Origin: Burkholderiaceae bacterium
GTDB lineage: Bacteria > Pseudomonadota > Gammaproteobacteria > Burkholderiales > Burkholderiaceae_E
Length of the DNA stretch: 64,000 nucleotides
Reading direction: 5' to 3'
NCBI GenBank assembly: GCA_044368415.1
Contig: JBIPLJ010000008.1
Span: 15,338 to 79,337 of the forward strand
Shown here: positions 19,915-28,784 of the stretch, one piece after another
How the letters are laid out: every line of letters starts with the position of its first letter
Numbering within the stretch: position 1 is the first letter of the stretch
The notes under the pieces: model-generated
The model's database searches: none
The model's input: only the letters and a program-made list of their open reading frames with translations
What the model was told of the DNA's origin: nothing
Translations under genes and position numbers: made by a program

Positions 19915-22161
19915 ATGAAGCACGACGGTTCGATCGCCATCACCGGGCCCCGAGGCCGGTCCGCTCTGACCGCGCTGGCCACCCCGCTCGACGCCCTCGG
20001 CCCCACCGGCGAAGGCTTTGCGGCGCCCGCCGACGAACGACGAGTCGTTTCTCTCGCGCACCTCACCAAGCTGGCATCGAGCTATCTCGGTGAGGACGAC
20101 CTCAAGCGTGTTCGTGAGGCCTATCGCTTCTCGGACAGCTCGCACCTCGGGCAGTTCCGGACCAGCGGAGAGCCCTACATCTCGCATCCGATCGCTGTCG
20201 CAGAGATCTGCGTCGGCTGGCGGCTCGACGCCGATGCGCTGATGGCCGCGCTGCTGCACGACGTGATGGAGGACACCGAGGTCACGAAGCTGCAGATGGT
20301 CGAGCGCTTCGGCACACAGGTCGCCGAACTTGTCGATGGGCTGTCGAAGCTCGACAAGGTCGAGTTCGCCAGCCGCGAGCAGGCGCAGGCCGAGAGCTTC
20401 CGCAAGATGCTGTTGGCGATGGCCCGCGACGTGCGCGTCATCCTCATCAAGCTCGCCGACCGGCTGCACAACATGCGCACGCTCGGCGCGGTCGAGCGCG
20501 CCAAGCAGCGCCGCGTGGCGGCCGAGACGCTCGACATCTACGCGCCGATCGCCAATCGCCTGGGGCTCAACGAGCTCTACCGCGAGCTGCTCGACCTGTC
20601 GTTCCGGTTCACCCATCCGTTCCGCTACCGCACGTTGCAGAAGGCGGTGACGGCGGCGCGCGGCATGCGGCGCGAGGGCCTGGGCAGGATCATCGACTCG
20701 GTACAGAAGGCACTGCCCGGGATGGGCGTGAAGGCCGAGCTGCGGGCACGCGAGAAGGCGCTCTGGGCCATCTATCGGAAAATGCACGACAAGCACCTGT
20801 CGTTCTCGCAGGTGATGGATGTGTTCGGCATCCGGCTGGTCGTCGACAGTCTGCCCTCTTGCTACCTCGCGCTTGGCTCGCTGCATCAGACCTTCAAGCC
20901 GATCCCGGGCCGCTTCAAGGACTACATCGCGATCCCGAAGGTCAATGGCTACCAGTCGCTGCACACCACGGTAGTCGGCCCCTACGGCACGCCGGTCGAG
21001 TTCCAGATCCGCACGGGCGAGATGCAGCGGCTGGCCGAGACGGGCGTCGCCGCGCACTGGCTCTACAAAGCCGACAAGGAGTCGTTCACCGACCTGCAGA
21101 AGCGCACGCACCAGTGGCTGAAGTCGCTGCTCGACATCCAGCACCAGACCGGCGACTCGCTCGAGTTCATTGAGCACGTGAAGGTCGACCTCTTCCCTGA
21201 CGCGGTCTACGTCTTCACGCCCAAGGGCCATATCCGTGCGCTGCCGCGCGGCGCGACGACGATCGACTTCGCCTACAGCGTTCACACCGACGTCGGCAAC
21301 CAGTGCGTCGCCGCCAAGGTGAACGGCTCGCCGGTGCCGCTGCGCACCGAGCTTCAGAATGGCGACGTGATCGAGGTGGTGACCGATCCTGAATCGCGTG
21401 CGAACCCGGCCTGGCTCGGCTTCGTGCGGACCGGCAAGGCCCGGTCCGAGATTCGGCACTTCCTGCGGACCATGAAGTTCGAGGAGTCGGTCGATCTCGG
21501 GCGCCGCCTGCTCGAGCAGTCACTCGCGGCGCTGCGCATCGACGCCGGCAGCCTCCAACCCGCGCTGCTCGACAAGTTGGCGCGCGATGCAGGCGCGAAG
21601 TCGCTCGACGAGCTTTACGCGGATGTCGGCCTGGGTCGGCGGCTGGCACCGGTGGTCGCCCGCGCGATTGCACTCGAGATGAGCGCGCGGCCTGCAGCCG
21701 CCGCGTTCGCACCGCGTCCGTTGCCGATCGTGATCTACGGCACAGAGGGCATGGCGGTGCAATGCTCGGCCTGCTGCCTGCCGCTGCCGGGCGACTCGGT
21801 GATCGGCCACATGCGGGGCGGCCATGGGCTGGTCGTGCACCGCAGCGACTGCGAATCGGCGGGACGCGCACGCCAGAAGGATGCCGAGCGCTGGCTCGAT
21901 GTCGAATGGGGCGAGGATATCCGCGGTCAGTTTCGCACGGTCGTCGAGGTGCAGATCCGCGACGACCGCGGCGCGCTGGGCCGGGTGGCGGCAGAGATCG
22001 CCGCGTCCGAGGCGAACATCGTCAACGTGACGATGGACGAGGAGCCCGACCGCGTCGCGACGATCCGCTTCACGCTGCAGGTGCGCGGGCGCCAGCACCT
22101 CGCACAGGTGTTCCGCCAGGTGCGCAAGCAGGCCGACGTCACCAAGGTCACGCGGCTGTAG
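19915..22161 (+). CDS. spoT: Bifunctional (p)ppGpp synthetase/hydrolase SpoT
   Basis: Intact HD hydrolase motifs (HPIAVAEI.., LLHDVMEDT). Synthetase motif NGYQSLHTTVVGPYGTPVEFQIRT. TGS and C-terminal ACT-like regions; 748 aa. Confidence 0.92.
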   Translation: MKHDGSIAITGPRGRSALTALATPLDALGPTGEGFAAPADERRVVSLAHLTKLASSYLGEDDLKRVREAYRFSDSSHLGQFRTSGEPYISHPIAVAEICVGWRLDADALMAALLHDVMEDTEVTKLQMVERFGTQVAELVDGLSKLDKVEFASREQAQAESFRKMLLAMARDVRVILIKLADRLHNMRTLGAVERAKQRRVAAETLDIYAPIANRLGLNELYRELLDLSFRFTHPFRYRTLQKAVTAARGMRREGLGRIIDSVQKALPGMGVKAELRAREKALWAIYRKMHDKHLSFSQVMDVFGIRLVVDSLPSCYLALGSLHQTFKPIPGRFKDYIAIPKVNGYQSLHTTVVGPYGTPVEFQIRTGEMQRLAETGVAAHWLYKADKESFTDLQKRTHQWLKSLLDIQHQTGDSLEFIEHVKVDLFPDAVYVFTPKGHIRALPRGATTIDFAYSVHTDVGNQCVAAKVNGSPVPLRTELQNGDVIEVVTDPESRANPAWLGFVRTGKARSEIRHFLRTMKFEESVDLGRRLLEQSLAALRIDAGSLQPALLDKLARDAGAKSLDELYADVGLGRRLAPVVARAIALEMSARPAAAAFAPRPLPIVIYGTEGMAVQCSACCLPLPGDSVIGHMRGGHGLVVHRSDCESAGRARQKDAERWLDVEWGEDIRGQFRTVVEVQIRDDRGALGRVAAEIAASEANIVNVTMDEEPDRVATIRFTLQVRGRQHLAQVFRQVRKQADVTKVTRL

Positions 22162-22249
22162 CCGCTCGCGCGGCGGCCCGGACTGCACGCCTGCTGCCGG
22201 CTGCGTAGACTGCAGCGCGCGTTGATCTCTGGCTGCGGCCCGCACCTCC

Positions 22250-22458
22250 ATGACCTCGACGATGAAGGCCGCGCTGCGCGGCGACTCCGGCCTCGTGTTC
22301 GCCGACCTGCCGCGCGCCCTGCCCGGCCCCGACGACGTCGTGGCGCGCGTGCGCGCCGTCGCGCTCAACCGGGCCGATCTGGGGGTGCTCGCCGGACGCG
22401 TGCACGGAAGCGCCGGTGGAACCGGCACTTCGGGAAGATCGTCGTGACGCTGGGCTGA
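22250..22458 (+). pseudogene. Remnant of an MDR-family quinone oxidoreductase / Zn-alcohol dehydrogenase (N-terminus fused out of frame to the extreme C-terminus)
   Basis: MKAALRGDSGLVFADLPRALPGPDDVVARVRAVALNRADLGVLAG.. is a typical Qor N-terminus. It ends after about 60 codons. In the adjacent frame the sequence ends ..NRHFGKIVVTLG-stop (22456-22458), a typical Qor C-terminus. The roughly 270 central codons are missing. Confidence 0.5.
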
Positions 22459-22636
22459 CATACGCGGCGGCCCAGCGTTTGCGGTCGCGCTGGCTTGCGG
22501 GATCGGATGGCCTGCGGACCGGACGGCGCGGACAGCACACCGAGCCAGAGCAGCGCGACACGGCGCCGACCGGCATCGCGCTGATGACAAAGAACAGCGC
22601 CACACCGAGGTGGCCGAAGCTCAGACCGCCGCGCGC

Positions 22637-23191
22637 TCAAGTGGCCGGTTCGTAACGGACCTCGAGGATCTCCAAGCCGAGTCGCCCTGCGGGCGTCATC
22701 AGCGCGACCGTGTCGCCCTCGCGGGCTTTGATCAGCGCCCGGGCGACCGGCGAGATCCAGCTGATCCGGCCGTTGAGTGGATCGACCTCGTCGACCCCGA
22801 CGATGGTCACGGTGCGTTCGACGCCGTCGGACTGCAGGTAGTTCACGGTCGCGCCGAAGAAGACCTGGTCGTTGCCGGCCTGCTGCATCGGATCCACGAC
22901 CTCGGCCCGATCGAGGCGCCGCGTAAGGAAGCGAATCCGCCGGTCGATCTCGCGCAGCCGCTTCTTGCCGTACAGGTAGTCGCCGTTCTCGGAACGGTCG
23001 CCGTTCGAGGCCGCCCAGGACACGATGCGCACCACATCCGGTCGCTCGACGTCGAGCAGCTGCAGCAGCTCGCGCTTCATCCGCGCGTGTCCGGCAGGTG
23101 TGATGTAGTTCCTCGGCGGCGGACCGGCCGCCTCCGGCAGCTCGGGCTCGTCGTCGTCGTCGGTGTCCTCACGCACGAACGCCTTGTTCAT
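22637..23191 (-). CDS. greB: Transcription elongation factor GreB
   Basis: NYITPAGHARMKRELLQLL.., ..NGDRSENGDYLYGKKRLREIDRRIRFL.., ..ISWISPVARALIKAREGDTV. Start at MNKAFV (ATG 23191). Confidence 0.88.
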   Translation of the reverse strand: MNKAFVREDTDDDDEPELPEAAGPPPRNYITPAGHARMKRELLQLLDVERPDVVRIVSWAASNGDRSENGDYLYGKKRLREIDRRIRFLTRRLDRAEVVDPMQQAGNDQVFFGATVNYLQSDGVERTVTIVGVDEVDPLNGRISWISPVARALIKAREGDTVALMTPAGRLGLEILEVRYEPAT

Positions 23192-23208
23192 CGGACCTGC
23201 CGCCGCGT

Positions 23209-23571
23209 GTGACGTCGTTCGCTGCACGGGCCCGGGCGTCGTTGGATGATCGTGGAATGAGCCCCGAGACCGACGCACAGCGACGCTGCGAACGCCTTCT
23301 CGCCCTCCTCGCCGAGGCGATGGCGATGGAACACGCCGTCAACCAGCGCACCCTGCAGATGGACGCGAGTCCGCGCAGCCTTCTCAGACCCATCCTCGAG
23401 GAGGCGCTGACGCGTCTGGAGCCGTTGCTGCATCCCTCGCCCTCGGTGCCGCTGAACCGCTGGATCAGCGAGATGACCGACCTGGAGCTGCAGCTCGATG
23501 CGGTGCTCTCGCACCGCGGCTGGCGCGTGCTCGGCCTCGACACCGAGCCGCCGCACGCCGATCACGACTGA
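23209..23571 (+). CDS. Hypothetical protein (weak call)
   Basis: 120-aa ORF divergent from greB, with no motif I recognise. Its composition is less Arg/Pro-biased than the shadow ORFs. Alternative start at MSPETD (23257). Confidence 0.3.
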   Translation: MTSFAARARASLDDRGMSPETDAQRRCERLLALLAEAMAMEHAVNQRTLQMDASPRSLLRPILEEALTRLEPLLHPSPSVPLNRWISEMTDLELQLDAVLSHRGWRVLGLDTEPPHADHD

Positions 23572-23642
23572 GCCCCGCGTGCGTCGCCGTACGTGTGACG
23601 TGGCCGTCTCGCCCGTTGCCACCGGGCCGGCGCCATCTGGCG

Positions 23643-24980
23643 TCAGCCCGCCACCGACATCTGCTCGATCAGGACCGAGCCCGTGCGCTTCGTGCCGCGC
23701 GCGATCTCGTCGGCGCCCACGGCGACGATCGCGCGGAACATGTCCTTCAGGTTCCCGGCAATGGTGATCTCCTCGACCGGATAGCGGATCTTCCCGCCCT
23801 CGACCCAGTAGCCGCTCGCGCCGCGCGAGTAGTCGCCGGTCACGCCGTTGACGCCGTGGCCGAGCAGTTCGGTGACGAAGAGGCCAGTACCGAGCTTGCG
23901 CAGCATCGCGCGCAGGTCGTCGCGGGGACGGGTCTCGCGGCTCGAGAGCCGCAGGAAATGCGAGCCGCCGGCGTTGCCCGTGGTGCGCATGCCAAGCTTG
24001 CGCGCCGAGTAGCTCGAGAGGAACCAGCCGCCGAGCACGCCGGCGTCGATCACGCGGCGCGGCGCGGTGGCGACGCCCTCGTCGTCGAAGGGCGTGCTAC
24101 CGAACTCGCCCCGCCGGTGCGGATCCTCGTCGAGGTCGATGTGCGGCGCGAAGACCGACGTGCCCAGTGCATCGACCAAGAAGCTCGCCTTGCGGTAGAG
24201 CGCGCCGCCGCTGGCGGCCTGCACGAAGTGCCCGATCAGCCCGGCGGCAAGCGGTGACTCGAAAAGCACCGGGACCTTGCGCGTGCCGAGCTTGTGCGCC
24301 CCCAGCCGCGACAGCGCGCGCTCGGCCGCATAGCGGCCGACCGCCTTGGGATCGGCGAGGCCGTCCGGGTGGCGGGCCGTCGAGTACCAGTCGTCGCGCT
24401 GCATCGCGCGTCCGCGACGCGCGATCGGGGCGCAGGCAATCGTATGGCGACTGTACGGATAGCCGCCAACGAAGCCCAGGCTGTTGGCCGACACGAAGTG
24501 GCCGTGGCCGAGCGAGACGCTCGCACCCTCGGAGTTGACAATCGCGCGGTCGGTCGCGAAGGCCGCGCCCTCCATCTCACGCGCGATTTCGATCGCCTCG
24601 GCGGCCTCGATGGTCCACGGGTGGAAGAGGTCGAGGTCTTTGGGGTCGCGGACGATGGTGTCCGGATCAGGCAGGCCGGCGAACGGGTCTTCGCCGGTGA
24701 AGCGGGCGATCTCGAAGGCGGCGCGTACGGTCTGGTCGATGGCCCGCTCGCCGAAGTCACTGGTGCTGGCATGGCCGCGGCGCGTGCCGAGGTGCACCGT
24801 GACCCCGAGGCCTTTGTCGCGGGTCTGCTCGATGGTCTCGACACGGCCCTTGCGGACGTTGACCGACAGGCCGGCACTCTCGGACACGTCGGCAGAGGCC
24901 GCGGTCGCGCCGAGCCGGGCGGCCCGGTCGAGCACCGAACGGGCGAGTTCCTCGAAACGTGCGCGGCTGTGATCAAACAT
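23643..24980 (-). CDS. pmbA: Metalloprotease PmbA (TldE)
   Basis: MFDHSRARFEELARSVLD..DVSESAGLSVNVRKGRVETIE.. through C-terminal ..GSVLIEQMSVAG; PmbA/TldD fold family; start at ATG 24980. Confidence 0.9.
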   Translation of the reverse strand: MFDHSRARFEELARSVLDRAARLGATAASADVSESAGLSVNVRKGRVETIEQTRDKGLGVTVHLGTRRGHASTSDFGERAIDQTVRAAFEIARFTGEDPFAGLPDPDTIVRDPKDLDLFHPWTIEAAEAIEIAREMEGAAFATDRAIVNSEGASVSLGHGHFVSANSLGFVGGYPYSRHTIACAPIARRGRAMQRDDWYSTARHPDGLADPKAVGRYAAERALSRLGAHKLGTRKVPVLFESPLAAGLIGHFVQAASGGALYRKASFLVDALGTSVFAPHIDLDEDPHRRGEFGSTPFDDEGVATAPRRVIDAGVLGGWFLSSYSARKLGMRTTGNAGGSHFLRLSSRETRPRDDLRAMLRKLGTGLFVTELLGHGVNGVTGDYSRGASGYWVEGGKIRYPVEEITIAGNLKDMFRAIVAVGADEIARGTKRTGSVLIEQMSVAG

Positions 24981-25027
24981 CGGGCGAACCAGGATCGGAT
25001 GGGGTCGGGCTATCATAGCAAGGCCCG

Positions 25028-25639
25028 ATGAAAGCCCCGCCCTCCCCCCCGCCCGCCCCGCCCGCGCCGCCGCCGGTGATCCACGGCCGCGACGAAGACG
25101 CGCCCTACGACGGTCCGAGCAAGTCGCAGCGCAAGCGCGAGATGCACATGCTGCAGGACCTCGGTGAGCGCCTCGTCGACCTCCCGCCGTCGCAACTCGA
25201 GCGCCTCGAGCTGCCGTCGGACCTCGTCGACGCGATCGTCATGGCCCGCAAGATCACCGCCCGCGAAGGACGGCGCCGCCAGCTGCAGTACGTCGGCAAG
25301 CTGATGCGCCATACCGACGCCGACGCGATCCTCTCGAAGCTCGACCTCGACGACGCCGGCCACCGCCTCGAGACCGCGGTGATGCATGCCGCCGAGCGCT
25401 GGCGCGACGCGCTGCTCGAGTCGCCCGACCGCGTCGCCGACTTCACCGCCCGCTATCCGGCGGCGGCGCGCACGCTGCATCCGCTGGTGCGCTCGGCGCG
25501 GGCCGAGCACGCCAAGCAGCAGCGCGGCCGCCACTATCGCGAGCTGTACCGCGAACTGCGCGACGTATTGCTCGCCGATGCCGCCCCGCCCGCTGCCGAC
25601 CCGGACCACAACTCCGACCTGCCCGCCTCCGATGCCTGA
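25028..25639 (+). CDS. yjgA: Ribosome-associated protein YjgA (DUF615/DarP)
   Basis: SKSQRKREMHMLQDLGERLVDLPPSQLERLELP..LVDAI..ARKI..REGRRRQLQYVGKLMR; divergent from pmbA, as in many proteobacteria. Confidence 0.85.
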   Translation: MKAPPSPPPAPPAPPPVIHGRDEDAPYDGPSKSQRKREMHMLQDLGERLVDLPPSQLERLELPSDLVDAIVMARKITAREGRRRQLQYVGKLMRHTDADAILSKLDLDDAGHRLETAVMHAAERWRDALLESPDRVADFTARYPAAARTLHPLVRSARAEHAKQQRGRHYRELYRELRDVLLADAAPPAADPDHNSDLPASDA

Positions 25640-26246
25640 TCTGCCCGTCGCCGCCACCGAGTCGAACCCGCTGCGCATCGGGCTCGTCTCGATCTCGGAC
25701 CGCGCCTCGGGCGGCGTCTACGACGACGCCGGCATCCCGGCGCTGCAGGACTGGCTCGGCGGGGCGCTCGCTTCGCCCTGGGTCGCCGAGACGCGGCTGA
25801 TCCCGGACGAGCGGCCCGTCATCGAGCGCACGCTCGTGGAGCTTATCGACGTCGCCGGCTGCCACCTGGTGCTCACCACCGGCGGCACCGGCCCGGCGCG
25901 ACGCGACGTCACGCCCGAGGCGACGCTCGCCATCGCCGACAAGGAGATGCCCGGGTTCGGCGAGCGGATGCGCCAGATCAGCCTGAACTTCGTGCCCACC
26001 GCGATCCTGTCGCGCCAAGTCGCGGTGATCCGCGGCGGGGCGCTGATCGTCAATCTGCCCGGCCAGCCGAAGTCGATCCAGGAGACGCTCGAGGGCCTGC
26101 GCGACGCCGAGGGACGCTCGACGGTGGCAGGCATCTTCGCAGCGGTCCCCTACTGCCTGGACCTGATCGGCGCGCCGTTCGTGGACACGCACGAGGCGGT
26201 CTGCAAGACGTTCAGGCCGAAGTCGGCGCCCCGCCCAGCGGGCTGA
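25632..26246 (+). CDS. mog: Molybdopterin adenylyltransferase Mog
   Basis: LRIGLVSISDRASGGVYDD.., ..LVLTTGGTGPARRDVTPEA.., ..LIVNLPGQPKS. ATG 25632 overlaps the end of yjgA by 8 nt. Confidence 0.88.
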   Translation: MPDLPVAATESNPLRIGLVSISDRASGGVYDDAGIPALQDWLGGALASPWVAETRLIPDERPVIERTLVELIDVAGCHLVLTTGGTGPARRDVTPEATLAIADKEMPGFGERMRQISLNFVPTAILSRQVAVIRGGALIVNLPGQPKSIQETLEGLRDAEGRSTVAGIFAAVPYCLDLIGAPFVDTHEAVCKTFRPKSAPRPAG

Positions 26247-26299
26247 GCGCAGTCAGGCTCCGGCGCGCGGACCGGACGCGGCCGTCGGCCGCATCCAGT

Positions 26300-27349
26300 T
26301 CACGCTCCAGCCGCCGGACCCGCGTCGCGCGCGGCGTACCAAGCCATGGTGGCCTTCAGACCGTCGGCCACGTCGTGGGTCGGCACGTAGCCGAGCATCG
26401 TGTGCGCCTTCGAAATGTCGGCGAGCGAGTGGCGGATGTCGCCGTCTCGGAACGACCGGTGCTCGAGCGTCGCCGGAACCTCGCGGCCGAGCCTGCGCGC
26501 CAGGGCCGTGCGCATCGCCTCGGCCATCTCGACCAGCGTGGTGCGCGCCCCAACCGCAACGTTAAAGACCTGGTGGCCGCCGGGGATCTCCGGGGCGAGC
26601 GCGGCGCGCAGGTTCGCCTGCACGACATTGGCCACGTAGCAGAAGTCGCGCGAGGTGCTGCCGTCGCCGTTCACCCAGAGGGTCTCGCCGCGTAGCAGCG
26701 CACGCGCCCAGCGCGGCACGACTGCCGCGTAGGCGCCCTCGGGATCCTGGCGCGGGCCGAACACGTTGAAGTAGCGCAGCCCGGCGCATTCCATGCCGTA
26801 GGTCCGCGCCCAGGTGGCCGCGAGCAGCTCGTCGATCGCCTTGGTCGCCGCGTACGGCGACAGCGGCTGACCGGTCGCCGACTCGACCTTCGGCAGCGCC
26901 GGATGGTCGCCGTACACCGAGCTCGAGGACGCGTAGACCAGGCGGCGCAGTCCGGCCTCGCGCGCCGCGCTGAGCAGTTCGGCGAAGCCGGTTGCGTTCG
27001 CACGGAAGGTGCGCATCGGATGCTCGATAGAGCGCGGCACCGATCCGAGGGCGGCCTGGTGCAGCACGTGGGCCACGCCGCGCAGCGCCTGCGCGCAGGC
27101 GTTCGGATCGCAGACGTCGCCGTCGACCAGCTCGAAGCCGGCCCAGGCCGCCTCGCCGACCGTCGCACGGACGTCCTCGAGGTTGCGCCGCGAGCCGGTC
27201 GAGAAATCGTCGAGGCCGACGACCTGCTGGCCGTGACTCAGCAGCGTCTCGACCAGGTGCGAGCCGATGAAGCCGGCCGCCCCGGTGACCAGCCAGCGCG
27301 ACGCCGGCAGCCCGCGCAGCAGCTCGGCCGGCGAGGCGCCCGGGTTCAT
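26300..27349 (-). CDS. NAD-dependent UDP-HexNAc(A) 4-epimerase, TviC/WbpP-like
   Basis: RWLVTGAAGFIGSHLVETLLSHGQQVVGLDDFSTGSRRNLEDV.., catalytic YxxxK region SPYAATKAIDE. ATG 27349 forms an ATGA overlap with the upstream stop; ATG 27358 is the alternative. Confidence 0.85.
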   Translation of the reverse strand: MNPGASPAELLRGLPASRWLVTGAAGFIGSHLVETLLSHGQQVVGLDDFSTGSRRNLEDVRATVGEAAWAGFELVDGDVCDPNACAQALRGVAHVLHQAALGSVPRSIEHPMRTFRANATGFAELLSAAREAGLRRLVYASSSSVYGDHPALPKVESATGQPLSPYAATKAIDELLAATWARTYGMECAGLRYFNVFGPRQDPEGAYAAVVPRWARALLRGETLWVNGDGSTSRDFCYVANVVQANLRAALAPEIPGGHQVFNVAVGARTTLVEMAEAMRTALARRLGREVPATLEHRSFRDGDIRHSLADISKAHTMLGYVPTHDVADGLKATMAWYAARDAGPAAGA

Positions 27350-28626
27350 AGCCGCCATACCGAGTAGCCGAGCTTCTCAAGCGCGGCGCGGTCGTGTGCG
27401 CTCTTGATGTCGGCGAACACGCCGCCGCGGGTCAGGCGCGCGGTCAGCGCATCGAGCGGCATCGCCCGGTAGGCCTTGTGTGCGACCGCGGCGATCACGG
27501 CCCTCGCCGGCGGCAGGTCCTCCCAGCGCGTGAGCTCGATGCCGTACTCGTCCTGCGCGTCTGCGGACTCGGCGATCGGGTCGTGGACGTGTACCTTCAT
27601 GCCGTACGATTGCAGCTCGTGGACGATGTCGACGACCTTCGAGTTGCGCAGGTCCGGCACGTCCTCCTTGAAGGTCAGGCCCAGTACGATCGCCACCTGG
27701 TTCGACACTGGCTGCGCCTCCTGGATCAACCGCTTGACCACCTGCTCGGCAACGAACTTGCCCATGCCGTCGTTGATCCGGCGGCCGGCGAGAATCACCT
27801 GCGGGTGATAGCCGAGCATCTCGGCCTTGCGGGTCAGGTAGTACGGATCGACGCCGATGCAGTGCCCGCCGACCAGGCCGGGCCGGAACGGCAGGAAGTT
27901 CCACTTGGTGCCGGCGGCCTTGAGCACCTCGGCGGTGTCGATGCCGACGCGCTCGAAGATGATCGCGAGCTCGTTCATCAGCGCGATGTTCAGGTCGCGC
28001 TGCGTGTTCTCGATCACCTTGGCGGCCTCGGCGACCTTGATGCTGCTGGCACGGTGAACGCCCGCGGTGACCACCGCCTCGTAGAGCGCAGCGACTCGGC
28101 CGAGCGTCTGCTCGGAGTCGCCGGCGACGACCTTGACGATGCGCGTGAGCGTGTGCTCGCGGTCGCCCGGGTTGATGCGCTCGGGCGAATAGCCGACGAA
28201 GAAGTCCTTCTTCCAGCGCTTGCCGCTCGCCGCCTCGAGCACCGGCACGCAGACCTCCTCGGTCGCACCCGGGTAGACCGTAGACTCGTAGACGACGAGC
28301 GCGCCGGCCTTGAGGTTCGCGCCGACGAAGCGGCTCGCCGAGATCAGCGGCCCGAAGTCGGGCTGATGGGCCTCGTCGACCGGCGTGGGCACGGCGACGA
28401 CGATGCAGTCGGCGTCGAGCAGCGCAGCCGGGTCGGCGGTGACCCTCAGGCGGGTCGCGGCGGCGAACTGCTCCGGGCTCACCTCCCCGGTGGTGTCGAC
28501 GCGGGCGGCGATCCGTGCAACCTTCTCCGCGGAGAGGTCGAAGCCGATGGTGTCGAAGACGCGCCCGAACTCGACGGCCAGTGGCAGGCCGACATAGCCC
28601 AGGCCGATCACAGCGACAGTGGTCAT
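27346..28626 (-). CDS. UDP-N-acetyl-hexosamine 6-dehydrogenase, TviB/WbpO-like nucleotide-sugar dehydrogenase
   Basis: MTTVAVIGLGYVGLPLAVEFGRVFDTIGFDLSAEKV..TGEVS.., catalytic-Cys region GLVGGHCIGVDPYYL. Start at ATG 28626; 426 aa. Confidence 0.88.
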   Translation of the reverse strand: MTTVAVIGLGYVGLPLAVEFGRVFDTIGFDLSAEKVARIAARVDTTGEVSPEQFAAATRLRVTADPAALLDADCIVVAVPTPVDEAHQPDFGPLISASRFVGANLKAGALVVYESTVYPGATEEVCVPVLEAASGKRWKKDFFVGYSPERINPGDREHTLTRIVKVVAGDSEQTLGRVAALYEAVVTAGVHRASSIKVAEAAKVIENTQRDLNIALMNELAIIFERVGIDTAEVLKAAGTKWNFLPFRPGLVGGHCIGVDPYYLTRKAEMLGYHPQVILAGRRINDGMGKFVAEQVVKRLIQEAQPVSNQVAIVLGLTFKEDVPDLRNSKVVDIVHELQSYGMKVHVHDPIAESADAQDEYGIELTRWEDLPPARAVIAAVAHKAYRAMPLDALTARLTRGGVFADIKSAHDRAALEKLGYSVWRL

Positions 28627-28784
28627 GGTCCCGAATGCTCGATGAATGGTTTCGGCGCAGCATACTGTGGCGCCGGTGAACGGGATCACGGCGGGGCGCC
28701 TGCCGGCATCCGTTCGCGTTGCGGGCACCGACAAACGGCGCGCGGTGCGCTCCCCCCGTCAGGCTGATCCTGCCATGGGTGCGC

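Noticed and set aside
26278-26292. Hairpin GCGGCC-gtc-GGCCGC between mog and the epimerase gene, considered as a bidirectional terminator.
   Set aside because: The stem is only 6 bp and neither side has a T/A tract, so the evidence is insufficient to call it.
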